Positions 38,577 to 53,255 are shown, counted from the stretch's first letter. The stretch is 64,000 nt of DNA from Pseudobdellovibrionaceae bacterium (GCA_044359815.1 JBIKLL010000002.1:64001-128000); one strand, 5' to 3'. Numbers and translations: made by a program. Notes: generated by a model from the letters alone, not told the origin.

Positions 38577-39521
38577 ATGTTAAGTGTGATATTGAGTCTT
38601 TTAATTTCTGTCGGAAACGCCGCGGAATTGGTCGATAAAATTGTTGCCGTTGTGAACAACGAAATCATCACAGAATCGGATTTAAGCCAATTTTCCTCTG
38701 GCCTCAGAAAATCAGGAATGATTGATGACATGCTTCTGTTGGGTAAGTCGATTGATTCAATAAAAAGCGACAGAACAGAATTGTTAAATTATTTAATCAG
38801 TGAAAAATTGCTGGATTCTGAAGTCAAAAAAAACAATATGTCGGTAACAATTGAACGGGTTGAACAAGAAATCCGATCCATTGCCAAAAGAAATGGTGCA
38901 ACCAGAAATGATTTGTTGGCGGCAATTAAAAATCAGGGAATGTCTGCGGCCGAATATCAGAACTTTTTAAAAACTCGTATTGAAAGGCAGTCCGTCATCG
39001 AGCAAGAAATTTCATCTAAAATCAGGGTTTCCGAGGAAGATATTGCCTCTGAGTATCAAAAACGAAATCCAAATCTTAATTTAGGTTCCCATGAATTCAC
39101 CTTGGCCCATATTTTGTTTAGACCCCAAAAAGGTGGATGGGAAGCAGCCATGAGCCGTGCAGAATCTGTATCGAAGCTAGTGGGCTCAGGTCAGTCATTT
39201 GAAAATCTGGCCGAACAGCACAGTGAAGATCCTAATTTTAACACGGGCGGAATGCTGGGGACATTTAAAGCAGGCGAATTTTTGCCTGAAATCGAAAAGG
39301 TAATTTCTGGATTGAGTGCAAATGAAATCAGTAAACCTATTCGGTCCAAATCAGGAATTCATATTGTTAGAGTGATATCTAAGAAGGTTATTTCAGACCC
39401 GAAGTTTGAAAAAGAGAAAGAAAAAATCCGGGCCGAACTGTTTGAAAAATCATTTCAAAAGCATCTGAAGATTTGGATTGAAAACAAAAAAGAAGATGCC
39501 TTTGTTCGCATAAATTTATGA
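38577..39521 (+). CDS. surA: SurA-like chaperone/PPIase
   Basis: VDKIVAVVNNEIIT SurA N-terminus plus one parvulin domain; upstream of pdxA. Confidence 0.82.
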   Translation: MLSVILSLLISVGNAAELVDKIVAVVNNEIITESDLSQFSSGLRKSGMIDDMLLLGKSIDSIKSDRTELLNYLISEKLLDSEVKKNNMSVTIERVEQEIRSIAKRNGATRNDLLAAIKNQGMSAAEYQNFLKTRIERQSVIEQEISSKIRVSEEDIASEYQKRNPNLNLGSHEFTLAHILFRPQKGGWEAAMSRAESVSKLVGSGQSFENLAEQHSEDPNFNTGGMLGTFKAGEFLPEIEKVISGLSANEISKPIRSKSGIHIVRVISKKVISDPKFEKEKEKIRAELFEKSFQKHLKIWIENKKEDAFVRINL

Positions 39522-40408
39522 GCACTTATTTGATCACTACGGGTGACGCGGACGGCATTGGTCTGGAAGTCACTCTAAAAGCACTTAAAAAAATCAAACC
39601 TAAAAAATCCGAAAAGTTTGTTTTCTTTTCAGAGCGGCCAGCCAAAAAGTCTGCGAAATTAAGTAAACACAGCTATCCGATTGAGGATTCGATTCACCAA
39701 GCTCTGGGCAACCCTGCACCAATCATAAATTTTCAGTCTACTGAAAGCCCTGTTGATTGGGTTTTAACTGCTGGAAGCCTTTGCCAACAGCACGGGTACG
39801 CAATGATTACGGGACCCTTATCAAAACAATTGATAAGCCAATCTGGACACAGTTCTGTTGGTCACACAGGACTTTTGAAAAGCCTTACTGATTCAACTGA
39901 AGTATTTATGTATTTTATCGGCAAATATTTTAATGTGGCATTGTTGACAGGGCACTGTCAGATCAACGAAGTAACTGAACAAATTAATCGAAGTAAAATT
40001 GAATTGTTGGTTCAATATTTGAAACAGTTTAACTATAAAAAAATTGCTCTATTGGGTTTAAATCCTCATGCTGGCGATGACGGCGTGATTTCTAAATTTG
40101 ATTCTGAGGTGCTAAAACCGATTGTATCAAAGTTAGGTATAGCTGGACCCTTGGTGCCTGATGTTGCGTTTATGAAACCAAACTGGAAAAAGTACGATGC
40201 CTATATCGCTTGTTATCACGATCAGGGATTAATACCTTTTAAAATGATTCATGGGTTTGAATCAGGAGTTCATATCAGTTTGGGTTTGCCCTTTGTCAGA
40301 ACTTCAGTGGATCACGGAACTGCAAAAGATATTTTTGGTAAAAACAAAGCTCAATATAATTCTATGCTTCTTGCCATTAAAACTGCGCAGAGGTTAAGTA
40401 ATAAATAA
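39518..40408 (+). CDS. pdxA: 4-hydroxythreonine-4-phosphate dehydrogenase
   Basis: TGDADGIGLE, GHT, GLNPHAG, YHDQGL and GLPFVRTSVDHGTA motifs. Confidence 0.92.
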   Translation: MSTYLITTGDADGIGLEVTLKALKKIKPKKSEKFVFFSERPAKKSAKLSKHSYPIEDSIHQALGNPAPIINFQSTESPVDWVLTAGSLCQQHGYAMITGPLSKQLISQSGHSSVGHTGLLKSLTDSTEVFMYFIGKYFNVALLTGHCQINEVTEQINRSKIELLVQYLKQFNYKKIALLGLNPHAGDDGVISKFDSEVLKPIVSKLGIAGPLVPDVAFMKPNWKKYDAYIACYHDQGLIPFKMIHGFESGVHISLGLPFVRTSVDHGTAKDIFGKNKAQYNSMLLAIKTAQRLSNK

Positions 40409-40412
40409 GGAA

Positions 40413-41789
40413 GTGTTTATGTATCAGAAGGTGATTTTTAGAGAATACGATATCAGAGGCGTTTACAATGGTCAGTTTGATGCAGATTTTGCCTATCACC
40501 TGGGCCGCGCCTATTGTCAGTATTTACTGAAGGAAAAAGGTATTAAGAATCCTGTCGTGACCTTGGGTTACGATGCCAGATTATCAGGACCAGAAATAAA
40601 AACAGCAATGTCCAAGGGTTTGCAAGAATGCGGCGCCAAAGTTATTTTCTTGGGATTAATAACGTCCCCAATCAGTTATTTTTCGACATTTAATATCAAG
40701 GAAGCTGTCGGCGGGATTATGATAACCGGCAGTCACAATCCACCTGAATACAACGGGTTTAAAATCAGTGTCGATAAAACAACTATTTTTGGTGCTGAAA
40801 TTCAAAAACTTTTGGGTTTTATTGAAAGACAAGAATATCCCACGGGAAAAGGCAGCGAGGTCAGTTATGATATTTTTCCTGAGTACGTCGAACGGTACAA
40901 AAAGGAATTCGGCAATCTGAAGGACCTTCCTGTCGTACTAGATTGCGGCAACGGAGCCGCAGGTTGCATCGTCAGGAAACTATTTGAATCAGTTGGTCTT
41001 AAACCAACAATTTTGTTTGAAAAACCAGATGGTAAATTTCCTAATCATCACCCAGATCCCACTGTCGAAAAAAATTTGGTGGATTTAATAGCTGCAGTTA
41101 GAACCAACAAGGCTCGGGTAGGAATAGGATTTGATGGCGACGCTGATCGTATTGGTGTCGTAGATCACTTAGGTAATATGATTTATGGCGATGAATTAAT
41201 GGTATTGATCAGTCGACAAATTTTGTCTGAAACTCCGGGTAAAAAAATTATCGGGGATGTTAAGTGTTCTGACCGAATGTACGCCGATGTTAAAAAATTT
41301 GGTGGCATTCCTATTATGTGGAAGACCGGACATTCGTTGATCAAAGAGAAAATTAAATCAGAAAAATCACCTTTTGGCGGCGAAATGTCTGGTCACATAT
41401 TTTTTGCTGATCGAAATTATGGATACGATGATGCCCTTTATGCAGGGCTAAGGGTTTGCGAGATTTTGGCCAAAACTGGGAAAACCATTCCTGAATTGTT
41501 AGAAGGTTTGCCAAAAGCCTACAATACTCCCGAAATTAGAATTGACACAACTGAGGAGAAAAAAGTTTTGATCGTTCAAAAACTTATTGAATCATTAAAA
41601 TCTGAAGATCCTAAAGACGTCCGTTTAGACTTCACCGATGGTGTTAGAGCCAGTTTTAATGACGGGTGGGCCTTAGCCAGGGCTTCAAATACTCAACCGG
41701 TATTGGTGTTGAGATTTGAATCCTCAACACCAAACGGATTAGACAGAATCAGATCACGATTTGAAAAAATCGTGACCCAATATTTATAG
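40413..41789 (+). CDS. Phosphomannomutase/phosphoglucomutase
   Basis: FREYDIRG, TGSHNP, FDGDADR, GEMSGH and RASNT motifs. Confidence 0.95.
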   Translation: MFMYQKVIFREYDIRGVYNGQFDADFAYHLGRAYCQYLLKEKGIKNPVVTLGYDARLSGPEIKTAMSKGLQECGAKVIFLGLITSPISYFSTFNIKEAVGGIMITGSHNPPEYNGFKISVDKTTIFGAEIQKLLGFIERQEYPTGKGSEVSYDIFPEYVERYKKEFGNLKDLPVVLDCGNGAAGCIVRKLFESVGLKPTILFEKPDGKFPNHHPDPTVEKNLVDLIAAVRTNKARVGIGFDGDADRIGVVDHLGNMIYGDELMVLISRQILSETPGKKIIGDVKCSDRMYADVKKFGGIPIMWKTGHSLIKEKIKSEKSPFGGEMSGHIFFADRNYGYDDALYAGLRVCEILAKTGKTIPELLEGLPKAYNTPEIRIDTTEEKKVLIVQKLIESLKSEDPKDVRLDFTDGVRASFNDGWALARASNTQPVLVLRFESSTPNGLDRIRSRFEKIVTQYL

Positions 41790-42110
41790 TTTACCTGATA
41801 AATTGAAAGCAATAACTAGGGCGTAGATCACCAGAGACTCGATCAACGCCAAACCGATGATCATTGGAGTGAAGATTTTTCCGGAAGCACCTGGATTTCT
41901 GGCGATACCTTCAAGTGCAGAAGTTGCGGCCATACCTTGACCTATACTGCCCCCCAATACTGCAACACCAATTGCAATACTAGCACTAATGGCTATCAAC
42001 CCTCTGTCACTGCCTGTGCTGGCTTGAGCGACTGCTTCTTGAGCAAAAGCTGGTGATGTCACTAAGTAAGTCGACACTGCTGCGAACGTTCCCTTTAAGA
42101 TGTTTTTCAT
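41784..42110 (-). CDS. atpE: ATP synthase F0 subunit c
   Basis: GQG...GIARNP...IESLVIY; N-terminal signal-like extension. Confidence 0.96.
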   Translation of the reverse strand: MKNILKGTFAAVSTYLVTSPAFAQEAVAQASTGSDRGLIAISASIAIGVAVLGGSIGQGMAATSALEGIARNPGASGKIFTPMIIGLALIESLVIYALVIAFNLSGKL

Positions 42111-42135
42111 ATTTTTCTCCTTTGATTAAATTAAA

Positions 42136-42816
42136 TTAATGATCGTGTGCAGTCGCCAATGCAACGTAAACCATTGAAAGCAACGTAAACACAAATGCTT
42201 GAACAACACTTACGAAAATACCCATCATATAAAATGGCAGTGGCAAGAAAACAGGGAAAAGACCCAAAAACAGTCCCACTACAGTATGATCACCAGCCAG
42301 AACATTAGCTAGTCTCAGACCTAGGCTCATTGGACGAACAAGATGTGAAATCACTTCGATGATTAACATCATTGGTGCAAGCCAGATAACTGGGCCCAAA
42401 AAATGTTTCAAATAGCCAACTCCATTTTCTTTGAAACCCATGAAGTTATAGACAAGGAACATCAAAATACCCATAGCTAAAGTCGTGTTCAAATTTTGAG
42501 TCGCAGGCATCATTCCCGGTAACAGTCCGACTAAATTATTAAATAACACCCAAGTAAAAATAGCAGCGAACATCGGTACGAACTTGCGTCCATGTTCACC
42601 AATTACCATTTTTGTCATGTCATCAATATATTCCGTAAAAAACTCAAAAATTCCTCTGATCGAAAACTTTCCAGCAGGAACAGCAACCTGATCACCAGTT
42701 CCTAATGCTCTTTTTGCGGCCAAAGCTGTTGCTACCAAAGTTCCACCAACAACAGCTCCAGTTACTACATGGGCATAATGTTCGCCTGCTACCAGTGAGG
42801 ACCAAGAGAATGTCAT
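42136..42816 (-). CDS. atpB: ATP synthase F0 subunit a
   Basis: NLVGLLPG, RPMSLGLRLAN and QAFVFTLLS. Start at ATG 42816 (MTFSW). Confidence 0.95.
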   Translation of the reverse strand: MTFSWSSLVAGEHYAHVVTGAVVGGTLVATALAAKRALGTGDQVAVPAGKFSIRGIFEFFTEYIDDMTKMVIGEHGRKFVPMFAAIFTWVLFNNLVGLLPGMMPATQNLNTTLAMGILMFLVYNFMGFKENGVGYLKHFLGPVIWLAPMMLIIEVISHLVRPMSLGLRLANVLAGDHTVVGLFLGLFPVFLPLPFYMMGIFVSVVQAFVFTLLSMVYVALATAHDH

Positions 42817-43148
42817 TTGTTGGCTTCCTTTAATGCTAAAACTAAAGCGGTCGGAATTAATGATGTCGTTCCAAAAATAAACCAAAGCGTTTCGATTTGG
42901 TAAACTTGGACGAGCCAATACAAACTAACCGCGAAAATTGCGTATTTAGATACAATAAATAGAAGAACAAGGGCAATGAATTTCTTATGTTTGAGCGGAG
43001 ACCATACAATCATCCATCCACCCAAAATTATGAACGCAAACACAGTACCAATAGCAAATGATGTGATGTGTTGGCTCCAAAGAAGCTTAATAATTAAGCA
43101 CATTATGGCAGACACAACTGCATTGGTTCCTAAGATTGAAGCGGCCAC
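42813..43148 (-). CDS. AtpI-like membrane protein
   Basis: Four hydrophobic helices, located between the atpZ-like gene and atpB. Confidence 0.65.
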   Translation of the reverse strand: MAASILGTNAVVSAIMCLIIKLLWSQHITSFAIGTVFAFIILGGWMIVWSPLKHKKFIALVLLFIVSKYAIFAVSLYWLVQVYQIETLWFIFGTTSLIPTALVLALKEANK

Positions 43149-43351
43149 TACTGGTCATCTTTCTCAAAATGTCTAAGCATCTTCAATACATGAATCAGCC
43201 AGCCAGTTAATCCCAAGACTGAAAAGCCTATCAGAAACATTCCTTTTCCATGATATTTTTCATCCAATTTTTGACCTATAAAAATACAGGTCAAAATAAT
43301 AGCAACCAGTTCAAATCCAATTCCTATGAAAACTAAATATTTTTTATCCAT
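43148..43351 (-). CDS. AtpZ/AtpI family small membrane protein
   Basis: IGFELVA...IGQKLD pattern with two TM helices. Confidence 0.78.
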   Translation of the reverse strand: MDKKYLVFIGIGFELVAIILTCIFIGQKLDEKYHGKGMFLIGFSVLGLTGWLIHVLKMLRHFEKDDQ

Positions 43352-44172
43352 TATTTTCTCATGCCTTTGGCTCCGGGGGCATTTTTTTGTTTTTCCATTA
43401 ATTTCTGGATTTTGCTTTCAATATATTCTGGTGTTGGATGATATGTTTTCAAATTATTTAAAACTGCTATCGCATTTTTAAAATCTTTAAGTTCTTCATA
43501 ACAAACCGCCAACGTAAGTGCCACGTTTTCTGCTTTTGAAAAGTCAGGAAATTCCTTTAGTACTTTTAAAAAAACCTGTGCTGCGGATGCCATGTCCTTT
43601 TTTGCCAGAAAAATGCTTCCTTTCAGAACCAACAAATCAAATTGCTTCTTAGGATCTAAATCTTTTTGCAACAGAAATTCATCAACTTCATTAGCGGCTT
43701 GATTGAAGTCATTTAAATAAAAATATGTTTTTGCCAGTTTCATTTTATAGTCTGCGATTTCTGATTTATTTTTTAACTGCACTATTAGTTTGTTTATCTC
43801 GATCACAGCATTTTTATAATCACTCATTTGTTCGATCAAAATATTAATCAACTGTTTCTGAGCATTGATTCTGTCTTCTACAGATTTTGAATACAAAATT
43901 ATATGTTTTAAGAAGCTAATAGCCTTAGGATAATCCTTGGTTTCCACCTTGCAGATTTTGGCGGCTTCAAAAGCACCTTCGATTGATTCTTTTGATTCCG
44001 GAAACCGAGCGACCAGAAATTCCAAGCCATCGACAGCCTTTTGAAAATTCGAGATTTCAATATTGTTCTTTGCTTTTTCTAAAATTGTTTTAGCAGATTC
44101 TTGGCATCCAGATCCCAAGATCACAAAAATCAAAAGGACGAGCCTTTTTAAATTAATGAGTAACAACTCCAT
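43351..44172 (-). CDS. TPR lipoprotein (BamD/CpoB-like)
   Basis: ILGSGC lipobox; TPRs with ARFPES and KEFPD. Start uncertain. Confidence 0.7.
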   Translation of the reverse strand: MELLLINLKRLVLLIFVILGSGCQESAKTILEKAKNNIEISNFQKAVDGLEFLVARFPESKESIEGAFEAAKICKVETKDYPKAISFLKHIILYSKSVEDRINAQKQLINILIEQMSDYKNAVIEINKLIVQLKNKSEIADYKMKLAKTYFYLNDFNQAANEVDEFLLQKDLDPKKQFDLLVLKGSIFLAKKDMASAAQVFLKVLKEFPDFSKAENVALTLAVCYEELKDFKNAIAVLNNLKTYHPTPEYIESKIQKLMEKQKNAPGAKGMRK

Positions 44173-46629
44173 CACCACCGCTAGCTGTATCTTCATCTTC
44201 AACAACGGCCAAGCTGGTTACCTTTTCGTCCTTTTCACTCAGATTGATTAATCTTACACCTTGAGTGTTTCGACCTAACACCGAGATATCCGAAACTTTC
44301 ATTCGGATATTTTGGCCTTTATCGGTGCTCAAAATAACTTCCTGTCCGTTTTTCACCTTTTTGGCTCCGACAACGTTTCCTACTTTATCAGTCGTTTTCT
44401 GAGTGATAATTCCCACGCCGCCACGTCCTTGGATTCTGTATTCCTCTGCCTCTGATCGCTTACCGTAGCCGCTTTCAGTGACCATTAATACTGTGTCTTT
44501 GCTATCTTTCTCAAAGACTTCCATACTGATAACAATGTCTTTTTCACCCAGATTGATGCCACGTACGCCTCTGGCAGTTCTTCCCATGGCACGAACTTCC
44601 TCTTCTTCAAATCGGATCGACATGCCTTCTTTTGTTGCAATAAAAATTGTACTAGTACCATTGCTTAGTTTTGCATCAATTACGACGTCATCTAAATCCG
44701 TCGTGAGTGCAATAATCCCAGCAGTTCTTTGATTGGTAAACGCATCCAGGCTGGTTTTTTTGATAATACCCTTCTGGGTAACCATAACTACAAATTGATC
44801 TTCTCTGAACTCATTTACGGGCAAAACAGCCATAACCTTTTCATTTGGTGACAGCTGAACGACATTGGCAATTGCTTTGCCTTTTGATGTTCTGTTTCCC
44901 AATGGCAATCTGTGAACTTTGCTCCAATACAATTTCCCTTTATCAGAAAAAATTAACAGAGTTGTTTTTGTACTGGCTGTAAAGATATCACGGACATAGT
45001 CTTCTTCGCGAGTCTCCATACCCTTCAAGCCTTTGCCACCACGTTTTTGCAAACGGTACTGGTCCGTTGGAATTCGCTTAATATAACCTGTATTGGTAAT
45101 GGTCACGACCATTGGCTCTTCTGCGATCAAATCTTCGTCTTCGATGTCCTCTGTGGAACCAGTGATTTGCGTCTTACGTTTATCACCATACTTAGCTTGA
45201 ATTTCTTTAAGCTCGGCCACGATGATTTTAAAAATTTCTTTCACATCACCCAAAACCATTTTCAGCCATTCAATTTGCTTTTGTAATTCTGCAAGCTCTT
45301 GTTCAATCTTGCCACGCTCAAGACCTGTCAGTCTTTGCAATCGCATTTCCAAAATAGCGACAGCTTGTTTTTCTGAAAAACCAAATTTTTCAATCAGATT
45401 TGCTTTTGCTACATTGGCTTCGCTTGAAGCTTTAATTGTTTGAATAACTTGATCAATGATTTCGAGTGCTTTTTTAAGACCTTCTAAAATATGAGCTCTG
45501 TCTTGTGCTTTCTTAAGATCAAACAAACACCGCTTTGTGACCACGTCTCTGCGATGATCCACAAAAGCCTGCAGCATGCCTTTTAGATCAAAAGTCACAG
45601 GCTGATTTTTGGCATCCAGAGCCAGCATGATAATACCGAAACTGATTTGCATTTGTGTGAATTTATACAAACGATTCAAAATCACATTTGCGTTTTCACC
45701 ACGTTTACAAACAATAACTATCCTCATGCCTTCGCGTGAAGATTCATCGCGGATATCTGAAATACCTTCGATTTGTTTTTCATGAACCAAATCAGCAATT
45801 GATTCGATCAATTTCGCTTTATTCACCTGATAGGGAATTTCGTTAACTATGATTTCTTCGTGGTCTTTCAAAGTTGTTATTTCTGTAACAGCTTTTAGGG
45901 TGATGATTCCTTTACCTTTTTTGTACGCTTGTAAAATTCCTTCTTTGCCAGAAATCACACCAGCTGATGGAAAATCAGGACCAGGAATTCTCTCGATCAA
46001 CTCATCGATAGGACACTCAGGATTTCCAATCAAGTGAATGCAGCCATCGATTACTTCAGTCAAATTGTGAGGAGGAATATTGGTCGCCATACCCACTGCA
46101 ATTCCAGCGCTACCGTTAACCAATAAATTTGGAAACTTAGCTGGCAAGACATGGGGTATTACTAATGAATCGTCATAGTTGGGACCAAAAGGAACTGTTT
46201 CTTTGTCGATATCTTCCAGCAGCTCTTCTGCCAATCTGGTCATTCGAACTTCTGTGTAACGTTGAGCGGCTGGGCTGTCGCCATCGATAGATCCAAAATT
46301 TCCCTGTCCATCCACAAGCGGATATCGCAGTGAAAAATCCTGAGCCATTCTGACCATGGTATCGTAAACTGCGTTGTCACCATGAGGATGGTATTTACCG
46401 ATCACATCACCCACAACCCTGGCAGATTTTTTATAAGGTTTATCATGAGTGTTGCTCATCTCATGCATTGCAAACAACACACGTCTATGAACAGGCTTCA
46501 ATCCATCCCGAACGTCTGGCAAAGCTCTGCCTACAATAACGCTCATCGAATACTGCAAATAAGCTTCACGCATTTCTTTGTTGATATCGACTAAGGTTAT
46601 TCCGCGTTCTGGTGGAGGTGCTTGATCCA

Positions 46630-46630
<1 letters not shown>
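44153..46630 (-). CDS. gyrA: DNA gyrase subunit A
   Basis: YHPHGD, AAQRYTE and GyrA-box QKRGGKG. Confidence 0.97.
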
Positions 46631-50198
<3,568 letters not shown>

Positions 50199-50199
50199 C

Positions 50200-51306
50200 T
50201 CAAATTCTCATTGGCATAACGACACAGGTATAATTTTTATCGTTATGGGGCCTGACAAGACCAGGGGACAGTTGATCATTGATTTCAAAATCAACTTCTT
50301 CGTCCTGAATCACAGTCAAAACATCAGTGATGTATTTAGCATTAAAACCAATTTTTAAATCTTTTCCTGAGTATTCAATTTCCAGTTCTTCTTTAGCGTC
50401 GCCTAGTTCTGGATTGTTTGAAGCGATCTCCATTTTTCCCTTAACAATCGACAGCGTAACAGCTTTGGATTTGTAGTTTGCCAGCAAGCTAACCCTCTTG
50501 AGTGAACTCAGAAAAGCCTCTCGGTTGATCGTTAACTTTTCTGTAAACTTTTGTGGAATAAACTGTTGATAATTTGGGTACTTTCCCTCGATCAGTCGAA
50601 CCATTAAAACCGTGTCTTCATTTTTTAAAATTAGCTGTGATCCATCAACTGCCAGATGGATTGAGCCGTCTTCGGCATCTACCAATTTTTTAATTTCATT
50701 CAAACCTTTTCTGGGAATAATAACTCCACCAGATGGAAGCTTAATTGGATTTTCAGATTCTTTAACAATCAAACTCAGCCGATGTCCGTCAGTGGCTACC
50801 ATCGAATAAGCGTTATCGTCTTTCTGCTCAAAATAAACTCCGTTCAAATGATATCTGGTTTCATCATTCGAAACTGAATAAATTGTTTTTTCAATCATTT
50901 CTCTTAAGGCTTCAGATTTGAGTTTTAAAAAATTTCCGTTTTCGTAAACTGGAAACACCGGATATTCCTCAGCGCTGATTCCCACCAGTTTTGAAGTGTA
51001 CTTGCCTTGTTTTATTTCTAGCCAATTATTTTCTTTTTTAATTAAATTAATTGGACCTTCAGAAAGTTCACGAGTGATATCAAATAAATTTCTGGCGTTA
51101 ACAGCAACTCGACCTTCTTGAGATATTTCTGCTGCACATGAATCTTTCAAACTGACTTCAAGATCTGTTGCAAAAACGGTTAGCTTTTTATTTTCTGCCT
51201 GTAACAGAACATTTACCAACACTGGCATTGCATTTCGTTTTTCAACGATGTTTTGCGTCCTGCTGAGTATTTGAACTAAATCCTTTTTTAGTACAGTTAT
51301 CTTCAT
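50200..51306 (-). CDS. dnaN: DNA polymerase III beta clamp
   Basis: ATDLE, ATDGHRL, GFNAKY and VVMPMR motifs. Confidence 0.97.
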   Translation of the reverse strand: MKITVLKKDLVQILSRTQNIVEKRNAMPVLVNVLLQAENKKLTVFATDLEVSLKDSCAAEISQEGRVAVNARNLFDITRELSEGPINLIKKENNWLEIKQGKYTSKLVGISAEEYPVFPVYENGNFLKLKSEALREMIEKTIYSVSNDETRYHLNGVYFEQKDDNAYSMVATDGHRLSLIVKESENPIKLPSGGVIIPRKGLNEIKKLVDAEDGSIHLAVDGSQLILKNEDTVLMVRLIEGKYPNYQQFIPQKFTEKLTINREAFLSSLKRVSLLANYKSKAVTLSIVKGKMEIASNNPELGDAKEELEIEYSGKDLKIGFNAKYITDVLTVIQDEEVDFEINDQLSPGLVRPHNDKNYTCVVMPMRI

Positions 51307-51314
51307 CTTCTTAA

Positions 51315-51500
51315 ACTCCTATACTATATTATATAAATATCTAGTAGTTGTAGTAGGAGCGTGGAAAACCTGTCAAACAACTTAAATACCTGAAAACAGT
51401 TCCTTTTAATTGTGGAATAACCTCTTAGATCTGGTGATCAGTTATCCACATTTTTTCTGTTAAAAGTTATCCCCTTTTTTATACCCCGGTTATCCACGCC
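51315..51500. other. Chromosomal replication origin oriC (dnaA-dnaN intergenic)
   Basis: Perfect DnaA box TTATCCACA at 51442-51450; variants at 51490, 51467, 51411(-) and 51360(-). DnaA-trio run TAGTAGTTGTAGTAG at 51342-51356; AT-rich tract at 51321-51340. Confidence 0.88.
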
Positions 51501-51518
51501 GAAAGACACAATCCCAAT

Positions 51519-52928
51519 TCACACCCCTGTGATATTGTGGATTCTGGTCACTAACTCTTCGATATCATTCTTAATACTTAAATCTTTTGCCTGTAGATGT
51601 TCGACCCGCTCAATGGCATTCATAACAGTCGTGTGGTCTTTGCCCCCAAAGGCTTTACCTATATCTACCAGGGATTTATCTAAATGCCGCTTAATCAAGT
51701 ACATAGCAATTTGTCTTGGTACCACTATTTGCTTTGCCCTGGCTGTTGATTTTAAATCCATGACTCGAATTTTAAAGTGGTCAGACACCAGTTTTTGGAT
51801 ATCCTCCAAAGAAATGGTCGTTTGAGTATCATGGTGAGCGAGTACTCGCCTAGTCAACTCAATATCAATGGTTAAACCTTGAAGTTCACTGAACATTTTC
51901 ACTTTTTTAATATTGCCTTCAAGCTCTCGGATTGATCTTTTGGATATCCTGGCTATGTAGTGAGCAACCTCATCAGGTAGCTTTAAGCCGACTTTTTCTG
52001 ATTTGTAACGTAATATGGCTAGTCTGGTTTCAATGTCGGGCATTGAAATATCTGCGATCAAACCCCATTCCAAACGACTTCTGCTGCGGTCCTCAAGACC
52101 GTTGATGTCTTTTGGCATTCGATCACTGGCAACCACTACTTGTTTTTTATGTTCAAAAAATGAATTTAAAGTATGGAAAAACTCTTCCTGAGTGGCTTCT
52201 CCGCGTCCAATATACTGCACATCGTCAACTAAAAGGATGTCAGAATTCTCTCTATATCTTGATCTGAATTTATCCATTTCATGGCGACGTATTGCGGAAA
52301 CACATTCGTTCAGAAAATCAGCAGCCAAAATGTAGTTGATCCTTAGATGAGGAAAATTTGACTTAATGTGATTACCCACCGCATGCAAAAGATGGGTTTT
52401 ACCCATTCCAACAGGACCGCAAATAAACAAGGGATTATAGCCCTCAGACCCAGGGTTTTGAGCAACATTAAATGAGGCTGCATGTGCAAACTCAGTGTTT
52501 TTACCCACTACAAATGTTGAAAAAGTATAGTCTGAGTTCAGTTCTTTTGCGTTTTTTATTACCTGATAGGAGGGCATTGCTTGTTGTTGAACAACGGGTT
52601 GAGAAGGCCTCAAATCAATGGTTTGTTCAAAACTGATCTGTGGATCATTGGAAATCAGGTTTTTAAGCTGAGAAACTACGATATCGACTTCAAAATCTTT
52701 GCGATAAATATCTGAAATTTCTCCATAAATTTTATCCAGAAGGTTTTCCACAACAAAATATTGGTGTAGCGAACTGGGTACCCCAAGAATCATTTTAGAT
52801 GATTGTTGATTCTGAACCGTTTCTAAAAATTTAATCGGTTCAATCCAAGTTTCGACTAACTTGTTGTCTTTATTTCTGTTTTTGATCCGATCTTTGATTT
52901 GTCCCCAAAGATCAGCGTTGAGCTCCAC
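51519..52928 (-). CDS. dnaA: Chromosomal replication initiator DnaA
   Basis: YNPLFICGPVGMGKTHL, LLVDDVQ, QEEFFHTLN, RELEG and GGKDHTTV motifs. Confidence 0.98.
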   Translation of the reverse strand: MELNADLWGQIKDRIKNRNKDNKLVETWIEPIKFLETVQNQQSSKMILGVPSSLHQYFVVENLLDKIYGEISDIYRKDFEVDIVVSQLKNLISNDPQISFEQTIDLRPSQPVVQQQAMPSYQVIKNAKELNSDYTFSTFVVGKNTEFAHAASFNVAQNPGSEGYNPLFICGPVGMGKTHLLHAVGNHIKSNFPHLRINYILAADFLNECVSAIRRHEMDKFRSRYRENSDILLVDDVQYIGRGEATQEEFFHTLNSFFEHKKQVVVASDRMPKDINGLEDRSRSRLEWGLIADISMPDIETRLAILRYKSEKVGLKLPDEVAHYIARISKRSIRELEGNIKKVKMFSELQGLTIDIELTRRVLAHHDTQTTISLEDIQKLVSDHFKIRVMDLKSTARAKQIVVPRQIAMYLIKRHLDKSLVDIGKAFGGKDHTTVMNAIERVEHLQAKDLSIKNDIEELVTRIHNITGV

Positions 52929-53105
52929 TTAATTACCCCCTCTAAGACCTGATAACTTTTTAATCAGGCCCTGGATATCAGGCCCTAGCAGGCTTTTCAA
53001 TAGTTGACCTGAATGATGCAATATGATTTTATCTGCCTCCAAGTTTCAATAACCATAAGTGTTATTACAAATGACGGTACAACTAGTCGTAAAGATGGAG
53101 AAAAT

Positions 53106-53255
53106 ATGAAAAGAACATACCAACCAAGCAAAAAACGCAGAAAAACTACTCATGGTTTTAGAGCCCGTATGGCCACTAAAAAAGGCAGAGCAGTGCTTTC
53201 AAGAAGACGCGCTAAGGGTCGCAAAAGACTTGTAGTCGAAGTTAGTGGTAAATAA
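53106..53255 (+). CDS. rpmH: 50S ribosomal protein L34
   Basis: MKRTYQPS...HGFRARM; GGAG RBS. Confidence 0.97.
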   Translation: MKRTYQPSKKRRKTTHGFRARMATKKGRAVLSRRRAKGRKRLVVEVSGK

